A DNA stretch of 63,602 nucleotides, counting the filler, from Chrysochromulina tobinii (lineage: Eukaryota), in the NCBI GenBank assembly GCA_001275005.1. It is 6 parts of 6 records of this genome, joined end to end, with 100 filler letters (N's around TTAATTAATTAA, not from the genome) between each part and the next. Parts side by side here need not be neighbours in the genome. Positions count along the whole stretch, not along the records: positions 9,844 to 33,830 come from JWZX01000699.1; 5 more parts are not named here. One strand, written 5' to 3'. The translations under genes and the position numbers were made by a program. A model generated the notes under the pieces. That model was not told the DNA's origin. It did no database searches and worked only from the letters and a program-made list of their open reading frames with translations. Below are positions 10,752 to 21,721 of this stretch, piece by piece (the stretch's first letter is position 1; each line of letters starts with the position of its first letter).

Positions 10752-13700
10752 TCAGCCGAAAGCGATGCGCTTGCGCGCCATCGCGTTGTCAGCCTCGAGG
10801 ATGCGCTTCCCCATGCGGCCCTGCCACTCGGTGCTGCGTCGGCTGCCCGCGCCGTGCTGATGCAGCTGCTTGAGGCACACCTGGTACTGCTCATCGAGCT
10901 CCTCCCGGCTGCCGGCGAGCGCGGCCGAGAAGGTCGAGAAGCTAAAGGCGAGCGCCATCCAACGCTCGGCTTCCTCGAGCTGTTCCTCCTGAAAGCATGC
11001 AACGCCTGATGAAAGTGGTCAAATGAAAGAGGTCGATGAAAGAGGTCGATGAAAAAGTAAAAGAGGCGCTCAGAATGGCACTCATATGGAACGCAGAGGG
11101 GCACCCATAAAGGCACTCAGAGTGGCCATAAGGCACTCAGAGTGGCCATAAGGCACTCAATTAGCCTTGTACCCTTGTTCCAGCTCTCGCTTAGTAGCCA
11201 TCCGAGGTCATCTGGGCTGATCGGGCAGTTGGCGTCTGAGAAGCCCTCAAGAAGTTCCTTTGCAACCTCGAGGTACGGCCATGCGAGCGCGCGCCGCTCG
11301 GCGAGCTTGATGAGCCGCTTGAGCACGTACACGATTTGCGCGTAGTGCTTCGGCTCGGCCATCTGCATGCAATCGTTCGAACACATTTGGCACCCAGTGA
11401 TCATCAGTGGCCATCACGAGCAATCAATAGCCATCAGTCGAGCACTCGCCTGTAACCGCGCGAGCGCCTTCTCGAGTGCGAGCACGCCGAGCTCTCGCTG
11501 GCGCGCGCGCAGGCAGTCGTCGGCGAGACCCTCGAGCTGTGCCGCCGAGACGCTCTTGAGCGCAGCGACGCGCTCGAGCACCGCGCGGGCGCTCGGGTCG
11601 CGACGGAGCAAGGCAACCTCGAAATTAAGGAGCTGGAGTGTTGGAACGAGGTCGGCTGCCAGCTCGGGCGCCGCCGGTGGTGCCGTGGGGGGCGGCGGCG
11701 CTGCACCACCCGCCGCCGGGCCAACGCAGCCATCGCCGGCGCTCGCGGCGGACGAGGCGTAGACAGTGGCGGTGGCAGTGGCCGTGGCAGTGGCCGTGGC
11801 GGCATGAGCCTCGCTCGCAGCGAGACCGACGGCAGCAGCCTGGCTCCACCGGTGGTGGAGGCGGAAGGCAGCGGCGATGGCAGAGGAAGCGTGCGAGAGG
11901 TTCTCATGCTCCTCCGGCTCCGCGGCGCACAGAGCGCTCAGCCGCAGCCGGCAGCGACAGACGACCGCTTGGCAACGGATCATTGCATGCAGACGGGCCT
12001 CGGTGGATGGCAGCGCATTGGTCAGCTCGCACGACGCCTCAGCGAGCTCGGCGCACAGTGCGAATGACGCTTTCGACCGGCGCGCCAGCCCCGCGTCCTC
12101 GCCACCGCTGCCGCTGCCGACGACGACGACCGTGCCATCAGCGGTGCCGTCGCCGTGACCGCGACCGCCATCACCGCCTTGCGCGTTGTTGTGTGTCGCG
12201 TCGCGAAGGGAGGCCTGGGCGACAGCGAGGTTCCATGCGGTGTCAGAGAGCCACTCGATGTACGAAGGATCATCACACACGCCAGCGCCGTCGTGGCCAG
12301 CTCGCGTCGCGATGCACTGCAGGTCGGCGAGCACTGCGCGATGGAGCGTGAGCAATCGCTCCCAATCGGTTGCACTGCCCGCGCCTAAGCCCGCGCCAGC
12401 CGCACCGGCAACCAGCTCGGTGCCATCACCATCCTGCCCGAGGCGTGCGGCCGCGCGCGCCTCAGCCGCCTCGCTCGCGCCAGCCTTGAGCCGCATCTCG
12501 ACGAGCGCACGCACCGCGGCGGCGAGCCTCTCGGGGCGAAGGCAGGAGGCGCCCCCCACTGATGCAGGGCCCACGGAAGAGGCAGGCTCGGCGCTGGCGG
12601 GGAGGACGCGGCTGCCGGCACCGCCCGCCTTCCGACCTGCCGACGACGCGCCGCCCCCGCATCGTGCACTGCCCGTGCCTGCGCCCGTCGCGGCTGCGGC
12701 GGGCAGCGCGACAATCTGTTGGACGATGTGCTCAAGGATCCGCACGCACGGCGCGTGGAACTTGGTCCCTTGGGCGGCGAGCTCTTCGCACACAGAGGCG
12801 AGGAGCAGCGTGTCTTTGGGCTTGGTCTGCAGCAGTGTCTCCACTTGCGCGCGCGCGCCCGTGGTGTCGCCTTGCTTGAGACGCGCCTTGACGAGGACGA
12901 TGAGTGCGAGGCTACGCAGGTCTCCGCCGCTCTCGCTGCCAACGACGCTAAGGCCGTCCCCGACGACGGCACGCGCGTGCACATCGTCAGCCGACTCGGG
13001 TGTGCACTCGCCGTAGAGCCGCATTGCGACGGACGCGCGGTCGATGGCCTGATCGGTGCGCTCCTGCAGCAGGTAGCAGTGCGCGATCGTCGCCTGTACG
13101 CGGTGCTGCCGCCGCCGGTCGCGCGTGTGCTCCAGAAAACGGTAGGCGTCCTCGAAGCTTGAGGTGGTGCGGAAGAGGTCGCCCATCTGGTAGTGGCTCA
13201 CACCCGCGGCCCAGAGCTTCGAGGCGAGCGCGAAGAGGGTTGCCTCTTCGAGCAGTCGGCGGCCCGAGCAGTGGCCGTCGAGAATCGTCTCGAGGTGCTC
13301 GGCGGCTGCCGCCGAGTCAGGTGCTCGTTCGGTAAGCAGCCGAAACTTGATCTCCTGCAGCTCGGCGTACTCCAACCCCTCGTCGCTGCCCGCGGCCCAC
13401 TCGCCGCGCTGCGCGAGCCGCTCCGTGAGTACGCCGATCGCGCTGAGCGCTGCCGAAATCGCATCGTTAGCGACGAAGAGGTCGATGAGTGTCGTGGCGG
13501 TCGCCCCGGGCATGTGCTCACTCGAGCGCAGCCAGTCGAGAGCGTGCGCCTGTGCCTCGGCCGGCTGATTGCAGCGGAAGAGGAGAAGAGTATTCAGCAG
13601 CGAAAAGGCGTCAGTCTTGCTCGCCGAGTGTTGGCGCAGCGCGTGCGCAGCGAGGTCGATCTCGTTCTCCTGGATGCACAGCAGCGCACGCAGCCGGAGC

Positions 13701-14557
13701 GCCGAGTCGCGCAGCCGGCGCACGTCGTCGATCTCGCTGCCCAGATCGCCAAGCAGCGCGAGGCCGAGATCGAGCAGGCGGATGAGGTCATGCCGCTCAA
13801 AGGGCGTCGTGCGCTCGACAGCGCTCGACCCGCCGGCGGCGGCGCCCCCACCGCCCCCACCGCTGCCGAGGCTGCCGAGCGGGTTGCTGAGTCCGCCGCT
13901 GTTACCGTCATCGAGGAGCTCGAAACCGCGATGAGCGAGGATGAAGGCAACGTGCTCGGCGAGATAGCGCCGCGGGCCGACCAGAAGGAACGAGCACGAG
14001 CCACCGCGCCGCTCCACGAGAGCGTGGGCGTCCTCGAGGTGGCGCTTGACCTGCCGCATCTGGCCACGGCTCCATCCAAGGTGCGCGCGGAAGCCCAGAA
14101 GCTGCAGCTCGATCTCAAGGACTTCGATGCTCTCCGGCTCGGTAGTTGCACGTAGGAGACGCGCTGCTTCGTCGAGTGCGCCCTCGGCCTCGAGAGCGTT
14201 GTTGCACATGACCCACTGCAGGCCGACGCGCGACCAGTGCCGTGCACGTTGCGTCAACTCGAGGTCGTTGAGCACGCGCACGTCCGGGGTGCTCGCTGAG
14301 ATGACGGAGAGGCAGAAGGTACGTACGTGCGTGGCGACGGTCAGGCGCTTCACCTCATCGGCGTCACCGCCCTCACGCTTCTGGAGGGAAGCATTGAACG
14401 CAGCGTGCGCCTCGGAGGCCAGCAGCTCGATGTCGGAGGTCTTGAGCACGGAAGGATCATCGTGCAGCGCTCGCCGCGCCGCGTAGAGGCGGTCTGGATC
14501 GATGGGCACGGCCGGATCGCAGATGAGCTCGCGCAGGACGTCGAGGACGACCGACAT
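10752..14557 (-). CDS. ZIP4: Meiotic TPR protein ZIP4/SPO22/TEX11-like; 3 exons (introns 11363-11449 GC-AG and 11006-11172 GT-AG)
   Basis: TPR-like helices and IEWLSDTAWNLA; splicing restores DDLGWLLSESWNKGVACFQEEQLEEAERWMALAF, which matches the TEX11/ZIP4 C-terminal pattern. Confidence 0.8.
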
Positions 14558-15145
14558 GGCCGAGTCCCTCCCACGTGCGACCAGAGAGAGGTGTCGTCGA
14601 CCCAGTGAGGACGTGTGCGCATCTTCACTGGTCCTACTTATATTTGATGGCGTGCATGCAGCGGGAAGGCGTTCAGTTCAACGGGAAGGCGTTTGCATGC
14701 CCCCGAACACGTCATGAAAACGCCATCCAGTATCATTAGTTACATGTAACGTGAACAGTGAACTTTAATCCCACTGCACCCAAACGTGCACCCCAGCATA
14801 TTTGATATTAGATTTAGAACGACGGGAACGACGCGCCACTCGTCGAGCCACTCGGACTCGGGCCCGTCAATTCTTCCGCTCACCCAAAAGTGCGCCTTTT
14901 CTGCTGCGGGATGCGGGGTAACTTGCAGTACAGTACAGCCCCGTAGCTTGTCAGCTTCCGGGCCTCTCGCACACAAGACAAGTACTGCCGCTGTGCACCA
15001 CACCGAAAGGTCAAAGGACGCCGCTCGCCGGTTTTACCCCAAGCTTTCCGACGCCTCCCCCCGCCCCCCCCCACCCTCTTTCTGGTATCTCGCCAGCGCT
15101 CAAGCGCTCACCCGTTGCCCCACACTCAGACGGACGTGCCACACG

Positions 15146-16453
15146 TCAGCGGTAGGGCTGTTGCTTGTGCTCTGCTTTGAGCTTGAGCCGTTGCTCGAAC
15201 CAGCTCTTCACACCGATGGTGACGTGAGCGTCGTCGGCAAGGATACTGAGCTCGCATGCCTTCGTGGCCTCGACCGTTGCGCCGCCGAGTAAAAACGTCT
15301 CGCATCCCCTACGCGCGGCCGCGTCGGCGCTGCTCGACCAAGCATTCCGCGCCTCGGCCGTCCACCACGGCGTTAAAGACGTGCTCGAGCCGGAGTCGTA
15401 ACCTGCAAACGTCTTCGTGCCACTCGTCGAGAGTGGAGGCGCCGGCTTGATGAAGCCCTCAACTGAAGGCACGCCCACTACACCCCCCCTCGCCTCGGCG
15501 GCTCCCATCGCCGGCCGCTCGACCCGCTCCGCCTGGAGCTTCGCATCGAGGACGAGCTCCTTGGCACGCACCTCCGCCCGAGCCGCCATCCCCGAGGGCA
15601 AATATAGGGTCACCAGGGCTGCACTCGGTGCGACATCCGTGCCTGCGGCCCCGCCGCCGGGTGCACCCGAAATGGCGCGGCTGACGCTCAGCGACCGAAG
15701 TGTCTCCCCGGCTTGCACAGTAATCGAGCCACGGCCCGAGTGCGTCAACTTCAAGACGCCCTCTGTGGAAGACAGGGTCGAGTCGCCGCGCAAAGACATG
15801 AGCCCTTCGTTGGCGCTGAGCACCCCGACGTTCATACCCGCCGCTGCCTCCACGTCCAGCCGCTTCGCGTAGAGTGCGCGCGCCTTGAGCGTACCGCTCG
15901 TGAGCACACGCAGATCCTCGCCCATGATCTTTCCCAGCGTCACCGAGCCCTCGTCGCCATTCTGCACGTGCAGGTTGCCCTCGACATGCTCAACCTTGAC
16001 GTCGCCGCGGCCGGTCGAGATGGACGTCAGCAAGCCGCGCACCGTGTTCACGGACACATCGCCTTGGCCCACCTCGACGTGCACGGTTCCCTCGAGCCAG
16101 CCCTGCACATCGACCGACGAGTTGCCCTCGAATGCGACGTGCACATTGAACGAGGCAGGCACGCTGATCACCAGGCCGGCAGAAGATGTGCCTGCGGCCA
16201 CCACGTGCAGGTCTCCTCCGTCTTCGGTGCGCACCCACGATGCCGCATCGAGCTCGGTGCCGGTCTCATCTTTCGCCTCGAGCTCGGCAACATAAGTCTC
16301 CATGTTAGTGCGCACGACAAGTCGCGCAGCCTTGCCAGTCACACGAAGTGTGGCACCTGGTGTGGTGCTCAGTGTAGTGACAGCTCTCGAGAACAACTTA
16401 TCGATATTTGGTGCCACATGGCGGACATGCGGAAGCTGCCGCAGGAGCGACAT
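15146..16453 (-). CDS. DUF4097 beta-strand repeat protein, FAM185A-like
   Basis: ISVPASFNV followed by G-D-V beta repeats (VGQGDVSV, TGRGDVKV, GDEGSVTL); probable ATG at 16453 with an organelle-targeting-like N-terminus. Confidence 0.7.
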   Translation of the reverse strand: MSLLRQLPHVRHVAPNIDKLFSRAVTTLSTTPGATLRVTGKAARLVVRTNMETYVAELEAKDETGTELDAASWVRTEDGGDLHVVAAGTSSAGLVISVPASFNVHVAFEGNSSVDVQGWLEGTVHVEVGQGDVSVNTVRGLLTSISTGRGDVKVEHVEGNLHVQNGDEGSVTLGKIMGEDLRVLTSGTLKARALYAKRLDVEAAAGMNVGVLSANEGLMSLRGDSTLSSTEGVLKLTHSGRGSITVQAGETLRSLSVSRAISGAPGGGAAGTDVAPSAALVTLYLPSGMAARAEVRAKELVLDAKLQAERVERPAMGAAEARGGVVGVPSVEGFIKPAPPLSTSGTKTFAGYDSGSSTSLTPWWTAEARNAWSSSADAAARRGCETFLLGGATVEATKACELSILADDAHVTIGVKSWFEQRLKLKAEHKQQPYR

Positions 16454-16779
16454 GACGTCGTGCGCACGAGCCCCGAAGGAAGTGAAGTTGGTCAAGGTTT
16501 CGTTCTCATCGTAAATGTGTACGCTGTGAATTGCCAAACAAAAAGTCTTGGGTACGGGGTGTGAACGTTCGGAGGTGGAGCCCGCGCGATTCCTCGGCGC
16601 GCGCCGAAAGCCTCGCGACGTGCGCAGCCGCGCGCGCCGCGCGCGCAGCTGATTGGTCTCGGCGGAGCGCGAGCTAGACGGGGCCATAGCACACCCACAC
16701 GCACGTGCTTATCGTGTTCTCACCTGCCTGGCCCCACCCTTCTTCGCGCTCCTTCATTACAGATCCATCTCAAGCAACC

Positions 16780-17329
16780 ATGTCATGGCAGGCATATGTC
16801 GATGCTAATCTCGTCGGCACTGGTGCGGTTACGCAGGCGGGTATCTACGACCTCCAGGGCAACCCCTGGGCGTACACGCAGAGCCCGCCGTTTGCCGCGC
16901 AAATCGCTGAGGTCGCCGCTGTTTCTGCGCACTTTGCGGCCCCCTCTGGTTTGGCGGCAACGGGTGTGACCATCGCCGGCGTCAAGTACATGTATGTGAG
17001 TGGTGAAGAGAACACGGAGATCTACGCGAAGAAGGGCAACGAGGGCGTTGCCTTCTACCGCTGCAATACGTGCATCCTCGTCGCCTACCACAACGACAAG
17101 ATCCAGCCTGGCCAGTGCCGTACGGTGCTTGCTAAGCTTGGCGACTTCCTCAAGGAATCGGTCCGTGCCATATGCCTCCGGCTCGCGTCGAATGCCCCCC
17201 CGCCCCCCCCGCGCGCGCATCGCCCTACTCGTCTATGCCTTGCAAGCCTTCCACAGGCTCGTTCTCGGCTATTGTCTTCGCTTACCGCCAACCCCCCTTG
17301 CGCTGTTCCTCTTTCGGCAGGGCATTTGA
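16780..17329 (+). CDS. PFN: Profilin; intron 17161-17320
   Basis: MSWQAYVDANLVGTGAVTQAGI...GVTIAGVKYM...LGDFLKES|GI*; GT...CAG intron before the last two codons. Confidence 0.95.
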
Positions 17330-17996
17330 GTGCCTCGCCATGCTGTTGTGCATGTCACGCGACAAGCAGGCAAACGGGGTTGAGGGGCCCTGGCTGCGTC
17401 TCGATCGCAGGAGTTAGTGCGGGTCTGTAAAGGTACATGGATGGTGTGTCGAGGCCGCGTCCTGCGCGGTGAGGCGCGCGTTCTGGAACGGCTTAGGCGG
17501 TTCGAGCGTTCGACCGGCGATCCTACTTCGGCCTAGATCGCTCTCGGCGCCGTCGGAGTCGGCGTGGCGATGTGACCCGGACGACGGTCATTCGGGGCGC
17601 GCACTGCGCGTCGCTTGTAATTGAAGAAAGAAGAATATACACGTCCTAAAGAACTGATGAACAAAACCGTTGAAATCACGGTCGTCCAGCATCTAGACAT
17701 ACGCTTTTCACCCCCGACCCCCGTGCGGGCCTTACCCGTGCCGCGATGCGCGGCCGTGTCGTGCGCGGGGCGCCTCTTGTGCGGCGCGCCGGGTTGCGCC
17801 GGCCCAACGCGTGTATACTGCCCGGTGCCCGCTTGTGCCAGAGTCAGCGGCGCTGTGCAAACCGTCTCACGCGGCTCGCCTCAGATGCCTCGATGCCGCG
17901 CGGGCGAGACCTCGCATTGGGGTGTTGAGAGCGCCCCGTGGACGAGAGCGTCCTCGCGGACTCCGCGCGAGCACGAACGCGGCTGCAAGGACTGTG

Positions 17997-19522
17997 CTAC
18001 AAGGCGATCGGAGCGCTGCCGAGCGCCTGCAGTGCGACGTCGCAAGTCCGAATGGTCCGGAGTAATATGCGCTTCTCGTTGCGGCGCAGCTTGACGGCCA
18101 TGCGCTGGTTGCGGCTGAGTGCGGCGAATAGGCGGCCATTCTCCATCAGCGCGGCATCCTCTGCCTCTGTCTGCGGATAGAGCGCGAGCACGCGCTCACA
18201 GCCCTCGCTCAGGGCGCGCTGTGCTGCGGCCTCATTCGCCACCGAGATGCGCTCGTTGTATTTGAAACTGTCGAGTGGGCCGTCCGACGGCGTCAGGCAG
18301 CATAGGCGAAGATACCTGAGAAGGCGGGGTACGCGGGGTGGCTGGTAAGTCTGCGCCGATATGAGGTAGCTCGCGGCTCTCACGCGACGATGTTTCAGGT
18401 TCAGCGGGGCGGGCTGCGTGCAAGCGGGTGGCGAGCGCGCGCGCACTGCAGCAGCTCAGAGGAGTAGCGATCGATGAGGAGCGGGAAGGCCATCGTGGGG
18501 GTGAGGCCCTGCTGTTGCAGGAACGCGGCCTTCTCGTCGTAGCGCGGGTCGGTCGGGTCGAGCGAGATCGTCACCTCTACCTCGTCGAACAGGTTGCGGT
18601 CCACCACGAAGCCGTAGAGCAGCAACAGCTCCGCATTCGATTTCTGGCCGTAGGAGATGAGCACCTGGTCGTTCTTGGCATAGGAGCGGTCGGCGTACAG
18701 GACGACCTCGCGCTCCTTGGAAAAGGGGACCTCGTTGTAGAAGAAGTAGGCCGAGCAGTACGGTGAGTGGTTGAGCAGATCGGCGTACGGCACGAGCGCA
18801 AGCTCACCGGTCTCGCGTAGGTCAATCGCGCGCGAAAGCAGCATCGACATCGCCCACTGGAAGGCCTCGAGCGAGAAGACGCTCTCATCGAGCCCATTGG
18901 GCTGCAAGATATCGGTCAGCAGCGCCGCATACTCCCGCTCGATTTTGGCGCGCAGCGACGCCGTCGACGCGAGAATGCCCGAGCCCTCGAGTAGAGCCAA
19001 GTCGTCCTCATTCCACAACCACGTCTGGCCGACCTCCTCGGCCGTCGGCAGGATGCGGATGTACGAGGCCCAGAAGGATTGCTGGCCGAGCGAGCGCTCG
19101 TGTATTAGCAACAGCGCGAGCGCCAGGTACTCGTTCAGGCTGTCCGGCACGATGCTCGAGCCGAGCTCGCGCTGCGCCGTCTTGCGAGTGAGGAGGAGCT
19201 TTGATGGCACCTTGACTATCTCTTGGCCTTGCGTGAGCTCCTTGCGCGCAATCAGCCCGCGGCCTGAGAGCTCAAAATCTTCGACGGTCTCCGCCTCGAC
19301 GCGCAGCGGATGTGCTGCGCGTCCCCAGCCCGCCTCGGGAGACAGGCAGACGCCGTTGGACTCGAGCCAAGTCACTAGCGCCTTCTCGCGAGTGCGACGG
19401 TCGTCGGTCGGTGCGTCGAGCAGAGCCAGGCGCGGTGCATGCGCTCGTGCTTGACACGGTATCCGAGTTGGGTCGCGTGCAGAGAACGAGCCCGCCGCAA
19501 CGAGGAGGGCCTCGAGAATCAT
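17997..19522 (-). CDS. Rubisco LSMT-like SET-domain lysine methyltransferase, probably plastid-targeted; intron 18316-18446
   Basis: GRGLIARK, LVPYADLLNHSP, QVLISYGQKSNAELLLLYGF, spliced LLQYLRL; hydrophobic N-terminus. Confidence 0.9.
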
Positions 19523-19656
19523 CGCTTCGATGAATTCCGCACCACGAAACCGAGAAATGAAAGACGAGCGGAAGCATTGAACTTTTGCGTCGAGTTGGCG
19601 ATAGGACCATTTTAGGAGAATGTCTCGAAACTCTCGCTGCCGTCCGGACGCCGCAG

Positions 19657-21339
19657 ATGCCGCCGCCCACTGCATGGTCCTGTTCAGCGTGCACGTATGA
19701 AAACGTCGACGGTGCACGCGTTTGCGAGATGTGCGGGACGCCACGGCCGGGCGGCGGCGGTCCGCCGCCGCCGACAACCGCCGATCCGTTTCCATCGACC
19801 GCTGCTCGAACTCAACCTCCTCCCCAGCTGCACCCTCCTCAACAACGCCCGGCTGTGGCCACGCAGCAGATGATGCCCTTCCAGCAGGCGATGCCAATGC
19901 AGCAGGCAATGCCGTTCCAGCAGCCGTCGGAGCTTTTACGCGTGATAATTCCGCAGGGGTGTGTTGCGGGCCGTCAGTTCCGCGTGGCGGCCCCCGATGG
20001 CACGCAGCTCGACTGCGTGGTGCCTCCCGGCTACGGACCGGGAATGGAGATCCACGTGGCCTTGCCTCCGCGGCTGAGTGCGCCAACGGTGCAAGTGGCA
20101 GGGCCTCACTACGCCCATCGCCCTGCCGCACCGCCCCCCCCCAGAGCCCCGAGAGTGCCGTGGATGTGTTCGCAATGCACCCTCGAGAATGTAGCCGGCG
20201 CCTCGGTGTGCGCTGCATGCGAGGGGCCAGGCCCGGCACCACCGCGAGCACCGCGTGTTGAGGCGCCACCAGCCTGGGACGCGCGCGCCCCTCGGGACGG
20301 CGCGAGGGCACCGCCTCCGTCTCAATACGACCACGATGAGGACGAGCTCGAGCAGCAGATGCTGGCGCTCGCCCTCGCGGAGAGTGCGCGGATGGCTGGT
20401 TTGCCGGTGCCGGCGGGTCCGGCGCCGCTTGGGCGCCACCCCAGCCACCCAGATGCCTCTGACCGGATGCTCTCGATGGCGCAGACGAGCCAGGCCGTGG
20501 TGACGGCGCCCGCGCTGCGCGTGGCAGGCGACTCGCGCGGCACCGCCTCGACGCTCGTCGGGCTCACTCCCGAGGAAGAGCTCGAGCTGGCCATGCTACG
20601 CTCAAAGTACAATACGTTCGACGAACCGCCACCCCCGGGCACAAAGTTTCCGCCCGCTCCGCCGCCCGCGCCACCCACGGCACCGATGTCACGCAGCGAT
20701 CTCGCAGCGCCGGCGATGACCAAGTCGCTGCTGCCGAACATGCCGAAGATGTTCAAGTCCGGCGCATCGCACGCCGTTTCCAACGGCAGCTACGCGGCCT
20801 TCGACGACAGTGATGCGGTGAGTCGGCCCCTGTCGATAGCTCCGCTCAGCGCCATGTCGCGCCAGCCGCCGCCACCGGGTGCCGACGCGTCCGCAGCGGC
20901 GACGGCCCCGATGAGCTCGCTCAATCTCGCCCCGATGAGCTCGCTCAATCTCGCCCCGATGAGCTCGCTCAATCTCGCCCAATCGTTGAGTTCGGCCGCG
21001 GCGATGGGCGTCACGGCGCCGCTGCCGCCCGCGCCCAAGCCGACGCCGAGCTTCAAGCCTAACAAGGTCGGCAGCGGCAGCCTCAGTGCGAGCTTGCTCG
21101 ATGGCGACGAGCTCGGCGAGATGCATCTCGCGCCTCTCGTCGCGCCGCTCGTCATGCCGCCGATGTCCACATACGTTGCGCCGGCACACATGGCGCCGGC
21201 ACACGCGGCGCCGGAGCTCCCGACTGCGAAATTGATTTCGGTGGAAGAGACATGGGACGACGCCGACCGACCCCTGCGCCTCAGCACGGTGCCCGAAGTG
21301 AAAGGCGTTGGCGGATCAGGCTATGCGCGGTTGGAATGA
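19657..21339 (+). CDS. Protein with two RanBP2/NZF zinc fingers and two UIM-like motifs (putative ubiquitin-binding adaptor)
   Basis: WSCSACTYEN...CEMC, WMCSQCTLEN...CAAC, EQQMLALALAES, EEELELAMLRS. Confidence 0.8.
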   Translation: MPPPTAWSCSACTYENVDGARVCEMCGTPRPGGGGPPPPTTADPFPSTAARTQPPPQLHPPQQRPAVATQQMMPFQQAMPMQQAMPFQQPSELLRVIIPQGCVAGRQFRVAAPDGTQLDCVVPPGYGPGMEIHVALPPRLSAPTVQVAGPHYAHRPAAPPPPRAPRVPWMCSQCTLENVAGASVCAACEGPGPAPPRAPRVEAPPAWDARAPRDGARAPPPSQYDHDEDELEQQMLALALAESARMAGLPVPAGPAPLGRHPSHPDASDRMLSMAQTSQAVVTAPALRVAGDSRGTASTLVGLTPEEELELAMLRSKYNTFDEPPPPGTKFPPAPPPAPPTAPMSRSDLAAPAMTKSLLPNMPKMFKSGASHAVSNGSYAAFDDSDAVSRPLSIAPLSAMSRQPPPPGADASAAATAPMSSLNLAPMSSLNLAPMSSLNLAQSLSSAAAMGVTAPLPPAPKPTPSFKPNKVGSGSLSASLLDGDELGEMHLAPLVAPLVMPPMSTYVAPAHMAPAHAAPELPTAKLISVEETWDDADRPLRLSTVPEVKGVGGSGYARLE

Positions 21340-21721
21340 GAGACGATGAGGCGACGCGGTGCACGCGTGCACCCACGGCCCGCACGATACATGAGAGCTG
21401 AGAGACCGACACGCATGAGATACGCCGTGGGCCCTTTGGCCGCGCTGCCGATGAGCGACTTTGGGGGGGGGTGCCACGGCCCACGGGCAACGGTCCCTCT
21501 GCCCGTGCCACACTCTGTCAGCTCGTACCTACATTTGCAATGTACAACATACATGTGCTGGGTGACCGCGCCGTAGAGTGTGGTGCGTGTGGTTTCATCG
21601 ATTACCTCTTCATTTGCTTGGGGAATTCCGCGGACGCAAACATCGTTGATTAGGAAACCTCGTACGGGTCGCTCACCAGAACCCGCTCCGGTCCTGCTCC
21701 CTCCTATCCGTCGTGAACGGC

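Noticed and set aside
19523..20311. N-terminal extension of the 636-aa SET ORF
   Set aside because: Overlaps the NZF gene antisense; the likely start is ATG 19522
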